A DNA stretch of 64,000 bases from Heptranchias perlo (Eukaryota), in NCBI RefSeq assembly GCF_035084215.1, contig NW_027139215.1, positions 62,001 through 126,000 of the forward strand, in the 5' to 3' direction. Each line of letters starts with the position of its first letter. Position 1 is the stretch's first letter. Shown in pieces: positions 22,771 through 39,874 of this stretch. The notes below the pieces were generated by a model. It was not told where the DNA came from. It made no database searches and saw only the letters and a program-made list of their open reading frames with translations. Position numbers and translations under genes: made by a program.

Positions 22771-22955
22771 CCTCGTGGGTCTGGTCCTGGGCCTGTCCAA
22801 GGTGGCCATCTACAGGTCCAGGCTAGACATGGCCTATGGGGGGGGCGGTCGCTCCGACTGTCTGTCTCTCTTCCGCAGCATTCTCCGTGCCCGGGTGGCC
22901 CTGGAGAAGGAGCACGGAGTGTCTGCCGTTATGTTTGAGACCGGGGACTGGAGTG
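22771..22955 (+). mobile_element. Tx1 ORF2 C-terminal fragment fused head-to-head to the previous one
   Basis: VLVGLVLGLSKVAIYRSR...RARVALEKEH. Confidence 0.85.
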
Positions 22956-23491
22956 GATAGTTGATTACGACAGTGACATTTTGGTTTAATTCGGTTTCAT
23001 TGCTATGATTGGGTGTGCCACAAGAAAAAATTCTTACAGCACTTGAATAGGTTTTCGGGGTTCCTGACACTGGGGCTCAAAGACCCATTAGAAAAAAAGA
23101 GAAACTCAGTGTCTCCTTCTTGTTCAATTAAAAGAGTAACATTGAGACAATGGCACCGAGGGACTGGATAGCATGCTCGTAGTGGAAGGAATATTTTTTA
23201 TTGAAGAGAGTGACTCAGGCTGACTGAAGCACAGGGACATGGACACACAGGCTGCAGACTGCACAGTGTTACAAGGGGACATGGGAATGGGTGGGATTCT
23301 GGGGAATGGGGGAGATGGGGAGAAAAGAACAGAACAAATGAGGAGCAGGGGGAGAAATCATTAGAAAGAGAGGTTAAAAAACAGACAGGTCACAGAATAA
23401 AAACAAACAGCAGGTTAAAATGAAGTGAAGAAACTTATGAAATAGAACAAGAGAAGTGATTGAATGAAAGGAGGATCCTGAAGATATTGGG

Positions 23492-23550
23492 TTTTTTTTT
23501 GGTGTTTTTAGGCCCCCCCCCCCACTTTTTTCAGGGGGAGGGGTTAGGGT
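23492..23550 (-). mobile_element. Tx1 3' hairpin/poly(A) remnant upstream of ferritin gene 1
   Basis: T-run-GGTGTTTTTAGGCCCCC...GGGGTTAGGGT matches 22359-22408. Confidence 0.6.
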
Positions 23551-23739
23551 TTTTTTCCGTTCGTGTGATGCGAAAGCAGCTATTTGATTGGCTGCCAAAC
23601 ATTTATCATCAGTGATGTCACATCCTGTAGTTAAAGATGGGTTGGGTCTGAAAGAATAAATATAGCAGCTTAGGTTTGAGGTCCTTATGTTCATATTGTT
23701 TATAGTCAGTTGCTGGTCTATTAAAAAAAAGTAGTTTGG

Positions 23740-26803
<3,064 letters not shown>

Positions 26804-28800
26804 CTGGACTGTTGTCCATGTTGCAGATATTCAACTTGTGTATTGAAATTTTATGTTGCCATCTCTCTGAACTGGGAATGGAATTCAAAGTCTAAGATTA
26901 ACTTCCAAACATTGTAGTTGAGTGTTCTTGCAGCTGAAATAAAACATTTTGATGTTGAACTGGTTCCTTTTCTTCAGTAATTGAGCGCATTCTAACACCA
27001 ATGCACGTGGCCTTGCGTCAAACAAAAAAACATTCTAAGAAATAGGTTGTCACCGTGATAAAATCTGATTTGTTTGGGCACATGGATGTTTTAACCCCTT
27101 CCCCTCCAGAAGGCTTAATTTGGTTTTGTAGCAGCCTAGGATGGCCATCAGGCCAAAATTAGATTTGTACCTAACAGCTTTCAATATTTGGTGTTCTGTA
27201 GTAGAGATTAAAGTGTAATCTGATTACAGTAAGACCTCTTCCTCCACATAGGCTTGAATCCCTTTTGGAGAGTGTGCATTTTTTTATTACTATTCGTTCA
27301 TGGGATGTGGGCATCAATGGTGATTACAGTAGTTAACCTTCTGAATAAACAACCCCACACATTGCTGCTGACTTGTCCATTGTTGGACATGAGGGAAGTG
27401 TTCCCTGAAGCAGGTATTCAAATTTAAGTAGTTACAAAAATCCTGGAGCAAAGTAAGACCAAATCTCCAATTGTTCCTGCTAGGGTTACCTGGCTCTTTC
27501 CTCCTTCTCTTCAGCCCATCTTTTTCTTCCTGTGCAGAACTTTGGTCCAGCTCCTGCTATTTGTTTCAATCTCAATTTTTATTTTCCAGTCTCTGTTCAC
27601 CTCCTGCACCTTTTATATCCTGGACCCCATAGCCTCTAAAATACTTCCATTTGCTGTTGCAAATCTAAGAGCCCCTCTAAGTTTCCCTTGCTGGATTCTG
27701 TTTCATTAAACAGTTCTTGCCCCATTCCCCTCTCCTTGTGAATACAATCTTTGTGTAATCTTATTTGGCCTGGAACCAAATAACACTAGATCCCAATTGC
27801 CAAAACTGCCACTTATAAGTCTACTGAAGAGTTGGAGAATAGAGCCATCTAATTAAAGGCTAAACCACCAACTACTTGGTCTGTTTAAAGCTTTAACTGA
27901 GTTTGCACCAGTGATGTTCAGGTTATTCTCACACAGGGATCATGTGATCAGATCAGTCCATCGACCCCACTTTTCGTTGCTTCATCTTTCCTTCACTAGG
28001 TTCCACCTTTGATTTTTTTTTTTAGCCTGCTGTTTGTTGTTTATCCGACAGTATTCTGATGTGATCTGGAACACAAAATATCCACGGGGCCCCATCCTTC
28101 CCTGACCGGATTTAGGGAAATATCAGTAACTCCCCTTTCTAATGAGAAAATTCACCACTCGACTCTTTCCACTTGGTGTTTGACTGTCCAAAAAGTACAA
28201 GAGATTAATCATTGAAACACGGGATTACCAAACCCAGGAAATACCAGATAGTCTGTTCACCACTGTCGCTCACTGTATATACAACCAACACTACACACAG
28301 TGTTTGCCTCTCACCGCAATCCCTCCCAACACCAAACCATCCCCCGCCCCAAATCCCTTCAGTCAATGGTCCACAGTCTCTTCCCCGTGGAGTGCTCTGC
28401 ATTTTATTGTTTGTAAAATGTCATGATGACAAAACAAGAACTCAACATGCCGTGGCCCCCTTCACTTTCCAGCCGATGTGTGTACAGATGCTCACTGACC
28501 CTAGAATTGATGGAGTATTGAAGGACTTGTGTTTAACACGTTCATCACACCCACTTTCCATTCGCCTGACTCGCTGTTGGTTGCTGTTCACAGGCTCTGA
28601 TCTGTTTGGATGTTGCCTCAAACCCGCAGCTACTTGCCAAATAACCAACTCACGGATCCATCCAGAATTATTCAAAGACACTGACCCGCAAACAACAATT
28701 AAACCTGTGGTTCTGGATCTTTGAACCGTCACGATCAGTGACCATAACCGATGGGATGGGGGCAGATCCACCAATTGACAATTTGGTCCATTATGGTCAA

Positions 28801-29075
28801 GTGCCCGGGTGGCCCCGGAGAGGGAGCATGTGGTGTCCACCGTTACGCTTGATGCCTTCCGCGACCGCTGGGCACCGCAGGGTATAGACTGTCTTTCAGA
28901 CATCAATAATAGAATCCTGATTTAATTGGGAAAGTATCCTGTTGTTTTTGGTGGCACTTGATGCTTATTTTGGTATCTTTTCAGTTTGATTGGACCATCC
29001 AATATTAGTGGTGCCCTGAGAGGGCCACTTGTGATGGTTTATGTTTGGTGACCCTGGGGCAACCCAGAGTCTCCC
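28801..29075 (+). mobile_element. Older Tx1 subfamily 3' fragment
   Basis: ARVAPEREHVVSTVTLDAFRDRWAPQG; 3' UTR similar to the reverse complement of 19120-19236. Confidence 0.8.
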
Positions 29076-29171
29076 TTATTGGTCCATCAAAGAAAGGTCG
29101 ATTATGGTCAAGAATATGGTCACTATCAGATTTTTTTTTCTTTGGAGTGTGGGATGGAAGAGCAGCCATGG

Positions 29172-29351
29172 TTTTTTTGCTTTTCCTTTTTTTGTGTTTT
29201 AGGCCCCCCTTTTATAAGAAGGGGAGGGGGGGGGGGTTGGTTGTGTTTATGTGCAGTAAATCAATAAACCCAAAATAAGTGTCAAATTATAATTTTATTA
29301 CATCGATCCAGGATGCACTCCAGTCCCTGCGGTGCCCACCGGTCACGGAAA
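29172..29351 (-). mobile_element. 5'-truncated Tx1 3' end upstream of the ferritin gene 2 promoter
   Basis: FRDRWAPQGLECILD, hairpin CCCCCCTTTTATAAGAAGGGG on the + strand, A tail. Confidence 0.88.
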
Positions 29352-29444
29352 CAGATTTGACAGTTTGAGGAAAGTCAAAGCAATTGGATCTTTATTGAAT
29401 TGTCAGCCAATGATGCTCCTCCTTCAAAGTTCTGACTGGCTCTG

Positions 29445-29585
29445 GGTGTCATCTCCCCTCCTCCCTTTTCTTGATTGGTGTTCTGAGAGAGGATGTAATT
29501 TCTGATTGGGTATTGCCAACTGTCACTCATCATCTAGGCTGCCACGCCCAGGATTAACCAGCAGTATAAATATGGAGCTTTGGGT
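29445..29585 (+). promoter_or_regulatory. Ferritin gene 2 promoter: inverted CCAAT boxes, CTGTCACTCA (PBX/PREP decamer) 29520-29529, TATAAATA 29565-29572
   Basis: Motifs read directly; TATA starts 82 bp upstream of the ATG. Confidence 0.75.
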
Positions 29586-29646
29586 GGCTGTTTTTCAGTT
29601 TCTTGCTTCAATAGAGTTGTTTAGTTTTGTTAAAGTTAATTTAAAG

Positions 29647-32197
<2,551 letters not shown>

Positions 32198-33539
32198 ACT
32201 GACTGCAGGGATAAAGCTTATTGTTCAGTACTCCTGTTTATAGTCTGAAGAACCCCTATCCTGTAGCAATGGTGACTTTGTACTAAGAGCTCTGAGACCT
32301 GGGCTCTTGATGTGAAATGTAATAGTAACTGGAAATAAACTGTTACAGAAGACTGGGTTTTGGCTCCTTGTAAATTGAGTGATTGCTTATTTTTCAGATT
32401 AACATAATTCAGCTGTTGTAACAAATTACATTGGGCTATGTATTGGCTTTAGGGTGAGATTCTGCCCTATGACATTTTTTCTTCTGGGGTCATATCAATG
32501 TAGTGACTTGGGTGTTGAGGGCCAATGTGTCTGCCTTGAGTGTAAATTGTATTTATGCAGTAAAATGATTACTGCTGATTTCAATGCAAAGAACAATACA
32601 GTAATGAGTTACTGTTCCTATTAGTACTGCATATTATCAACTGTTTAACTCATTAATGATGCAAAATCAGCTGCTGTAACATTTTGTTCCAATAAAACAC
32701 AAGGAAAGTGAACTAGTAATTTCAGTCCAATCGGCAATTTTTTAAAGAATAGTATCTGCCTGGGGAAGAACAATCCAGATGCTTTTTTTTTCAAAGATGC
32801 TACAGACCTCAGTAGGTAGTTGGGGTAGATTATGAAATCACTCACTATTACTCCTAATAAACTGTTTGTTTGGAGTCAAATAGGTCTCATATGGGGGAGT
32901 GCAGGTTCCCTGTTTGTCTATTTCCCTTCATTTTCATCTTCTGCCCCCCAACCCCCTGTTAATCTCCCCCATGAATAATAAATTGGGTATGGTACAGAAA
33001 AAATACCTCGAACTAAACTCCAGCAAACAAAATCTTCCTTCTGGGAGATGTAGTAAATGCACTAAACAACTAACTTGAACCATTAAGTTGAATAGATAAG
33101 GCTCCTAAACTCTTCCATACCACTACTGTTCCATCAATTCATAAACCCAATATAAGCAGCTCATCCATAAATCTATCAATTTGTATTTATCCCATTGTGC
33201 AGTTAATACTAGATTACAATTCTAAATTCTACTGGATCACCATTTCATTTAAACCAAGTTAAATAGATATTTTGCCTGAAACTCCACATCCCAATGCCAT
33301 CAATTCATAAACACAATACAATCAGCTCCTCCATAAATGTGTCGATTTGCCTGTAGTCCTATTGTGCGTTCCATACCAAATTGTAATCAACCTTTCCAAA
33401 TCCTATGGGTTCTCCATTCATCTCCTTCACCCCTATGAATGGATTCAAATGTTGATGCTGTAGCTGTAATTATCCAGTGTTTCCAAGTGAAGTTTAGGAA
33501 CTTGTGACTTGCACTGGGTGTGATAGAATTGCCGTCTTC

Positions 33540-33860
33540 AGTCAGTCCATGTTAATATCTTTATATTGATGGAGTAAATAAGGGGAAACTGATTCCAGTT
33601 GCAGACCGGTTAGTAACCAGCAAACACAGATTTAAGGTGATTGGTAAAAGAACCAGAAGTGACACGAAACTTTTTTCAGTGTTCTGATCTGGAATGCATT
33701 GCCTCATCGGGTGGTGGAAGCAGATTTAATAACTTTCAAAAGGAAATTGGATAAATACTTGAAGGGGGAAAGAGCAGGGGAGTGGGACTAATTGGATAGC
33801 TCTTTCAAAGAGGCAGCATAGGCACAATGGGCTGAATGGCTTCTTTCTGTGCTGTAATAG
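33540..33860 (+). mobile_element. CR1-type LINE 3' fragment
   Basis: WNALP-like coding remnant (TGGAATGCATTGCCT) and ATGGGCTGAATGGCTT..TCTGTGCTG tail; similar to 43480-43800. Confidence 0.7.
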
Positions 33861-33879
33861 TAGGATATTCTGATCTCTA

Positions 33880-34357
33880 AAGGCACTTTTGGGATATCAA
33901 TGTCACCACATTTCATACGTTGTTGAGCCATAATTTTACGAGTCAGTGTGGATTATCTGGTAGCTTTGACTGCTGCATAGTTCGCACCTTTGAGGTGTAG
34001 TCACTGTTGTAAGGTAAGAAATGCGGCAGTCAATTTGCCTCCAGCAAGGACCCAAAAACAGCAATGAAATATTGACCTGATAATCTGTTTTAGTGATGTT
34101 AGTTGAGGGATAAATATTGGTCCAGATATTGGGGAGAACTCCGCTGCTCTTCCTTGAAATAGTGCTGTGGGATATTTTACGTCCACCTGAGAGAGCAGAT
34201 GAGGCCTCGATTTAATATCACATCCAAAAGACGGCACCTCCGACAGTACAGCACTCCCTTAGTCAGCCTAGATTATGTGCTCAAGTCTCTCGATGATGAC
34301 TTGAACCCACAACCTTCTGACTCTGAGGTGAGAGTGCTGCCACTGAGCCACAGCTGA
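33880..34357 (-). mobile_element. DeuSINE (SacSINE1-like): tRNA head, Deu core, L2-like tail
   Basis: A/B boxes; core GAAGAGCAG..AGTTCTCCCC..CCAATATTTATCCCTCAAC..TTACAACAGTGACTACAC. Confidence 0.8.
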
Positions 34358-34789
34358 CACAAATGGAGATGTTTGTGTGGGTGACATTGCATTCAGTAAT
34401 CTTCACTGCCTCTCATTCTCGCTGAATATTCTGAATTTTACCAAACAACATTTCATGAGAATCAAAACTAAAAATGATGCATCCCACAATGCTTTGCCCA
34501 GTTGATGCCCCCATGCTGCCAATCCTCAGACACACCCATTCTCTATATTAGAACTGGGGACGATTCACACCATCCATGGGATGGAATTTCCATTTCTCTG
34601 ACCAATGGATGGTTTGCAAATTCACTCAAGGCAACTTGATTGCTTTGAATATTGTCTCAACATCACAATCACTAACAAGTAATAAACTTGACCAGATTAT
34701 GAAAAGCCACTTCAGTGAAAATATCAAATTATTATCAAATAATTCAAAGTTATGATTCCAAGAGATTGAAACAAAGAGAAACTTTCAGA

Positions 34790-36640
34790 TTTTTTTTTTC
34801 TTTTTTTTTTCACTTTCAGATCTTTTTTTTTCCTTTTTTATTTTTTTTTATTTTGTTAGGCCCCCCTTTTATAAGAAGGGGGGTGTGGGGTGTGCTTAAA
34901 TACTAAAACCAAACAAACCAAAACCAAGTGTTCAAATTAAAATTTTATTATCCTCGTCCAGGATACACTCCAGCCCCTGCGGTGCCCACCGGCCGCGGAA
35001 AGCCTCGAGCGTACCGGCAGACACCGCGTGCTCCATCTCCAGGGCCACCCGGGCGCGGAGCATTCCGCGGAAGAGAGGCAGACAGGCCGAGCAACCGCCC
35101 CCACGGACCACGATCATCCTAGACCTGTGGATGGCCACCTTGGACAGGCCCAGGAGCAGGCCCACGAGAACGTCCACCGACCTGCCCGCCCCCCTCCTCA
35201 CCGGGCGGCCAAAGATCAGGAGCGTGGGACTGAAATGCAGCCAGAACTTGAGGAGCAGCCCCTTCAAATAATGGAACAGGGGCTGCAGTCTCGCACACCC
35301 AGTGTACAGATGGAACACGGACTCCTCCAGGCCGCAGAAATCACAAGCGGCCTGGGTTCCGTGAAATGGCGTAACTGCCGGTTGCACGCGACGGCTCCGT
35401 GCAACACTCTCCACCCCAGATCCCCGATGGAACACGGGAGGATCCCTGAGTAGAGAGCCCCCCACTGGGAACACCCGTCTCCGCCGGACGGCAGGATGTT
35501 ACGCCAGGGCGTGTCCGGCCGAGAGACGAGGGCGAGGAAGTGGATGGTGTGCAGGAGCAGCCTGTACAGGAAATCCCTCCGCGCGGTGAGAAACGGCACG
35601 GAGGGAATTTCCGAGAGACGGCTCAAGTTGTGAGGCGCGGCCCCCCGAGGGAGGTGCCGGGGTTTGGCGCCGAGGAGGAACTCCGTCCGAACGGGGGTCA
35701 GGTCGGACGGGATGGCTCCGCACGCCTGAGCCGCCTCCACATCCCGAGTGGAGTCAGGGCCGAGCGCCGATTTCAACGCCTGGATGGCGATGGCCGCGTC
35801 CCCGGCACGCCACGAGGACATCCGTGCGGCGAGCGCCCACGGCTCCAACCAACCCGACCCACCGCCATCCAGGACGTCCCTGACTCTGGTCACCCGACCG
35901 GCCACGGCCCTCCGCACCGACAGCCGCGAGTGGCCGAAGCCGATATCGCGGAGGAACGGATTCCCGAGCAGCGGCTCCTGCAGGACGGCCGCTACCCCCG
36001 ACGGGCGAGAGCTCCGACCGGAGGCGACCATGGTCCAGACCCTGAGCAGATCCTGGTACAAGACAGGCAGCTCCTGCAAAGACGTGCGGCCGCCCACCAG
36101 CGAGACGAACAGGAGCTGCGTGTCGTAGTTCAGGCCGTGCAGCTGGCGGAAAAAATACGTCGCCAGCGCACGCCATCTAAGAGGACGCTCAACGTACAGG
36201 TATCGCCGCAGCGTCCGAAGGCGGAAAGTTGCCACCTGGGTGCGGACGCACACCAGCCCCTGACCGCCCTCCCTAAGCGGGAGACTCAGGACCGCGGCAG
36301 CGACCCAGTGCATCCCTTTGGCCCAGAAGAAGTCGACGAACTTCCTCTGAATCTTGGTGACAAACTCCGGGGGTGGGGTCAAAGTGACCAATTTGTACCA
36401 CAACATGGCGGCCACCAGCTGGTTTATGACCAGCACTCGACCCCTGTAGGATAACACTCGGAGCAGTCCTGTCCAGCGCGCCAGGCGAGCGGCGACCTTG
36501 GCCTCCAGCTCTTCCCAGTTCGCCGGCCAGGCTTCCTCGGCAGGGCCGAGGTAGACTCCCAGGTACCGGAGGTGCGTGGTACTCCAGGCGAAAGGCCTGA
36601 GCTCCTCCGGCAGGGAGTCCACCCGCCACTGACCCACCAG
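34790..36640 (-). mobile_element. 5'-truncated Tx1 (~1.85 kb, ORF2 C-terminal part, frameshifted)
   Basis: ORFs 35264..36823 and 34932..35474; 3' UTR, hairpin and poly(A). Confidence 0.93.
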
Positions 36641-36654
36641 AAAACTAGACGAAA

Positions 36655-36977
36655 CTGGAGTGCATCCTGGATATCCACAGGTCCAGGATGCTCGCGGTCC
36701 GTGGGGGCGGGCGCTCGGCCTGTCTGCCTCTCTTCCGCGGAATGCTCCGCGCCCGGGTGGCCCTGGAGATGGAGCACGCGGTGTCTGCCGGTACGCTTGA
36801 GGCTTTCCGCGACCGGTGGGCACCGCAGGTGCTGGAGTGCATCCTGGACGAGGAAAATAAAATTTTAATTTGATGCCTGGTTTCGTTTTATTTGGTTTTT
36901 AGTACTTAAGCACACCCTACACCCCCCCCCCCTTCTTATAAAAGGGGGGCCAGAAAAAAAAAAAAGACAAAAAAAAA
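36655..36977 (+). mobile_element. 5'-truncated Tx1 whose poly(A) abuts the zp3 5' region
   Basis: ORF2 end at 36873, hairpin with TATAAAAG 36937-36944, poly(A) to 36977. Confidence 0.93.
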
Positions 36978-37021
36978 GGTGCTGGTTGGTGGGTAAAGTG
37001 ATAGTTGAGTTGTTTGGTATC

Positions 37022-39874
37022 ATGGGGGATTTTGTAGTGAGAGGTTTGTTCCCGGTGCTGGTGTTAGTTGGAGCGGTTTGTTGCTCTGATATTTGGCAAC
37101 AGTTTAGAGGCCAGAGATTTCCATGGAGAAGAGTAAAACCCACCCCTGTGCCCCAGAGAGTCCCTCTCCCTGTCCCTCCCTTTGGTTCCCATTTCAGTGT
37201 GTCTGAGGGGAGAAGTCTGTCTCCACTGCAGACTGTGATGGTGCAGTGTGGAGAGCAGAACCTGCTGGTGAGGGTAGACATGGATTTATTTAGAACCAGG
37301 CACCTGATTAAAGCTGCTGACCTGACCCTGGGGACAGCAGGTTGTCGGCCAACTGGGATCTACTCTCAGAACCACACTGTCCTCTTTGACTATGGGCTCC
37401 ATGAATGTGGCAGCAGATTGCAGGTAATGTGATTCCTCAACTCTTGTTCCAATTTCACTGTGTAGATTACTGCCCACTCTGAACTCATTAACATCGGGGG
37501 AAACTCCAGCCACTGAGGAGATCCCTGAATGAAATCTGTGTATAAATTTTTGCCCACTGTGAAGTATCACCCTGTGTGAAACTACTTCTTTGTGTTGACA
37601 TGTCAATCTTCGCTTTATATTTAAAAAGAACTTCGACTTGTCACTGAGGGACTGCATCTTTCTTAAATGGGTCATTGCTGCTCTCTAACTCTGAGATTCA
37701 ATTCTATTGACCTTGAACCTTCACCTGCATTTCTCCAAACCACTCTGTTCTTTTGTGCCTCAATTGATTTATCTTTTCCGTTCCTTCCTGTGGATATTCA
37801 GGCCTGTTGCCTCAACTTGTGGTCAATGAATGTTCAGTGTGGAAGTTCCTGTTGAGACTTCCCTTGAAAGATGAAACAAGTGGAATAATAATTGGGATAC
37901 AATGAATTAAAGGGGAACTCCACTTTTGGTTGTTACACCTGCCAATACCATTGATTCCACGGACACAGATGAGATTTAAAAGTGATGTTGTGTTTTGTGC
38001 TCCATATCAGGGGTAACTTGAGCCCCTTAAGGTGAAAGCTCTAATCTATATGGGAAAGAATGCTCATCAAATCTGGCAGTGCCAATCATTTCAGGGGTTT
38101 CTGACTGCAGGCCTGAAGTCCCCTGTAATAGAAGGTGGACTGAGCAGAGTAACAGAGGCTGCTCCAGGCAACTTCTCCCAATGGTGGAGCGACTTCAATC
38201 ATGTGTCATTGAGGAGCAGCTGAAACCCCTTAAACTGCTGCTTAACAGGGTAGGAAAATGACCAGAAATAGCTTTTGTTCAATGAGACCAGCTCTTCATT
38301 TCTTAACCTGATGTCTTTCAGATGGCTGGCGATTTCCTGGTCGACACCACCCACCTGAACCACACCCCAAATGCTCGTGGATCTGTCATTGTGAGAACTA
38401 ATGGAGCAGTCATTCCCATTGAGTGCCACTATTTTAGGTAAGAATCTTTACTCTATTGCAAATAAGGTCTACAGCAGGTGCAGTTCTCTGAAGTTGTCCT
38501 GAAATTACTGTAGTGTCCTTTCAGGAAGGGCAATGTGAGCAGTGACCCTATCAAGCCCACCTGGATCCCATTCCGCTCTACCAAGTCTGGAGAAGGGCTT
38601 CTGTCATTCTCACTGCGTCTTATGAACGGTATGTGATGGGTGGATGGGGAGTGCTTTTCTGTCGTCTCCCACTGGGAGTTACACCCACTGTCTCCAACCC
38701 TTGTCCTCTTGTACTTCAGATGACTGGCTGACAGAGCGCACCTCGACTGTCTACTACCTGGGTGACCTCATTCACATTGAGGCCTCTGTTTCAATGACCA
38801 ACCACATGCCCTTGAATCTCTACATTAACAGCTGTGCAGCGACATTGAGCCCAGACAAGGATTCCACCCCAAGATACAACATCATTGACTCCCATGGGTA
38901 AGGAGCTCTCTGCTTTCTCCAGCTGGTTCTGTCTCAATCGGTTCACTTAATTCACTTTGTCCCTTTTTAAATCTTTCTTCAGTTGCCTCCTGGACAGCAA
39001 AGCTGAGGACTCCTTTTCAACCTTTGTGTTGCCAAGAGGTGAACGTGAGCTGGACGAACTCCAGTTTGATCTGGATGCGTTCCGCTTCTTTGGAGATGAC
39101 CGTTCCTTGGTAAGAGGAAGCCAAACATTGGGTTCCCCATGTTGGGAGGAGGTCACTAAATAACAACTTGTATTGAATGTGTCCCTCAGATTTTCATCAC
39201 CTGTCACCTGAAAGTTGCTGCAGTGGATCGGAGAGATTCCATGAACAAGGCTTGTACTTTCCAGAATATGTAAGTTCCCTCTCTCGTTCAGGGATGTGTT
39301 GATTGAAGGGTGATGGACAACCTGGTTGATAAACTGATTCTCTGGTTGAGCTGGACCCCATTGGAAGAATCGACCAATGACGTGTGTGCCTCTTGTCATC
39401 TGGGCAACTGCAGTGCCACAAGGGATTTCCTCGTTGATTCCAGAGGAAGGAGGGATCTTGTATCTGGACCTGGTAGGACATTGATCCTCTTGATTGTTGG
39501 AGGTCACCCTTTACCCTCTAACTGGAATGTTTGATATTGCAGAGAGTGATGCTGAGTTGAAGTGGGAGGGTGAGGCCTCACTTGGACCCTTGGTCATTCT
39601 GGATCCTCATGTGACAGACCTGGCAACTGAGCCCCTTAATGATGTTGAGCAAAGGATGCAGGAGAGGTCTCCAGGTGGTGAGTTGGCAGACTGCTAGTTT
39701 CCATTTTCCCCTCAGTATTTCCTTCACTAACCATTGGTTTCTTGTTGCTTTATAGGTGTGGCGTCTGAGGTGGTCCTGATCTTGGCCCTGACTGTGAGCG
39801 CTGTCTCTCTGATCTCTGCTTCTTGGATTGCCTTGTTCCTGAACAGGAAACACAAGCAAACCCAGTTTAACTAG
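37022..39874 (+). CDS. zp3: Zona pellucida sperm-binding protein 3-like, ~460 aa (exons 37022-37423, 38322-38437, 38525-38628, 38720-38897, 38983-39109, 39190-39269, 39351-39472, 39543-39677, 39756-39874)
   Basis: Signal peptide; ZP motifs VQCGE, LHECGS, IPIECHY, KPTWIPF, IHIEASV, FITCHLK, NKACTF; furin site RGRR; EHP-like SLGPLVIL; TM helix; AATAAA 39888; GT-AG junctions keep frame (exon 7 acceptor least certain). Confidence 0.92.

Noticed and set aside
28212-28724. 170-aa ORF between the ferritin genes
   Set aside because: Non-ATG start, no recognisable motif or splice support.
35264-36823. 519-aa minus-strand ORF as a novel protein
   Set aside because: Chimera of antisense Tx1 sequence read through the head-to-head junction into a truncated ORF2.
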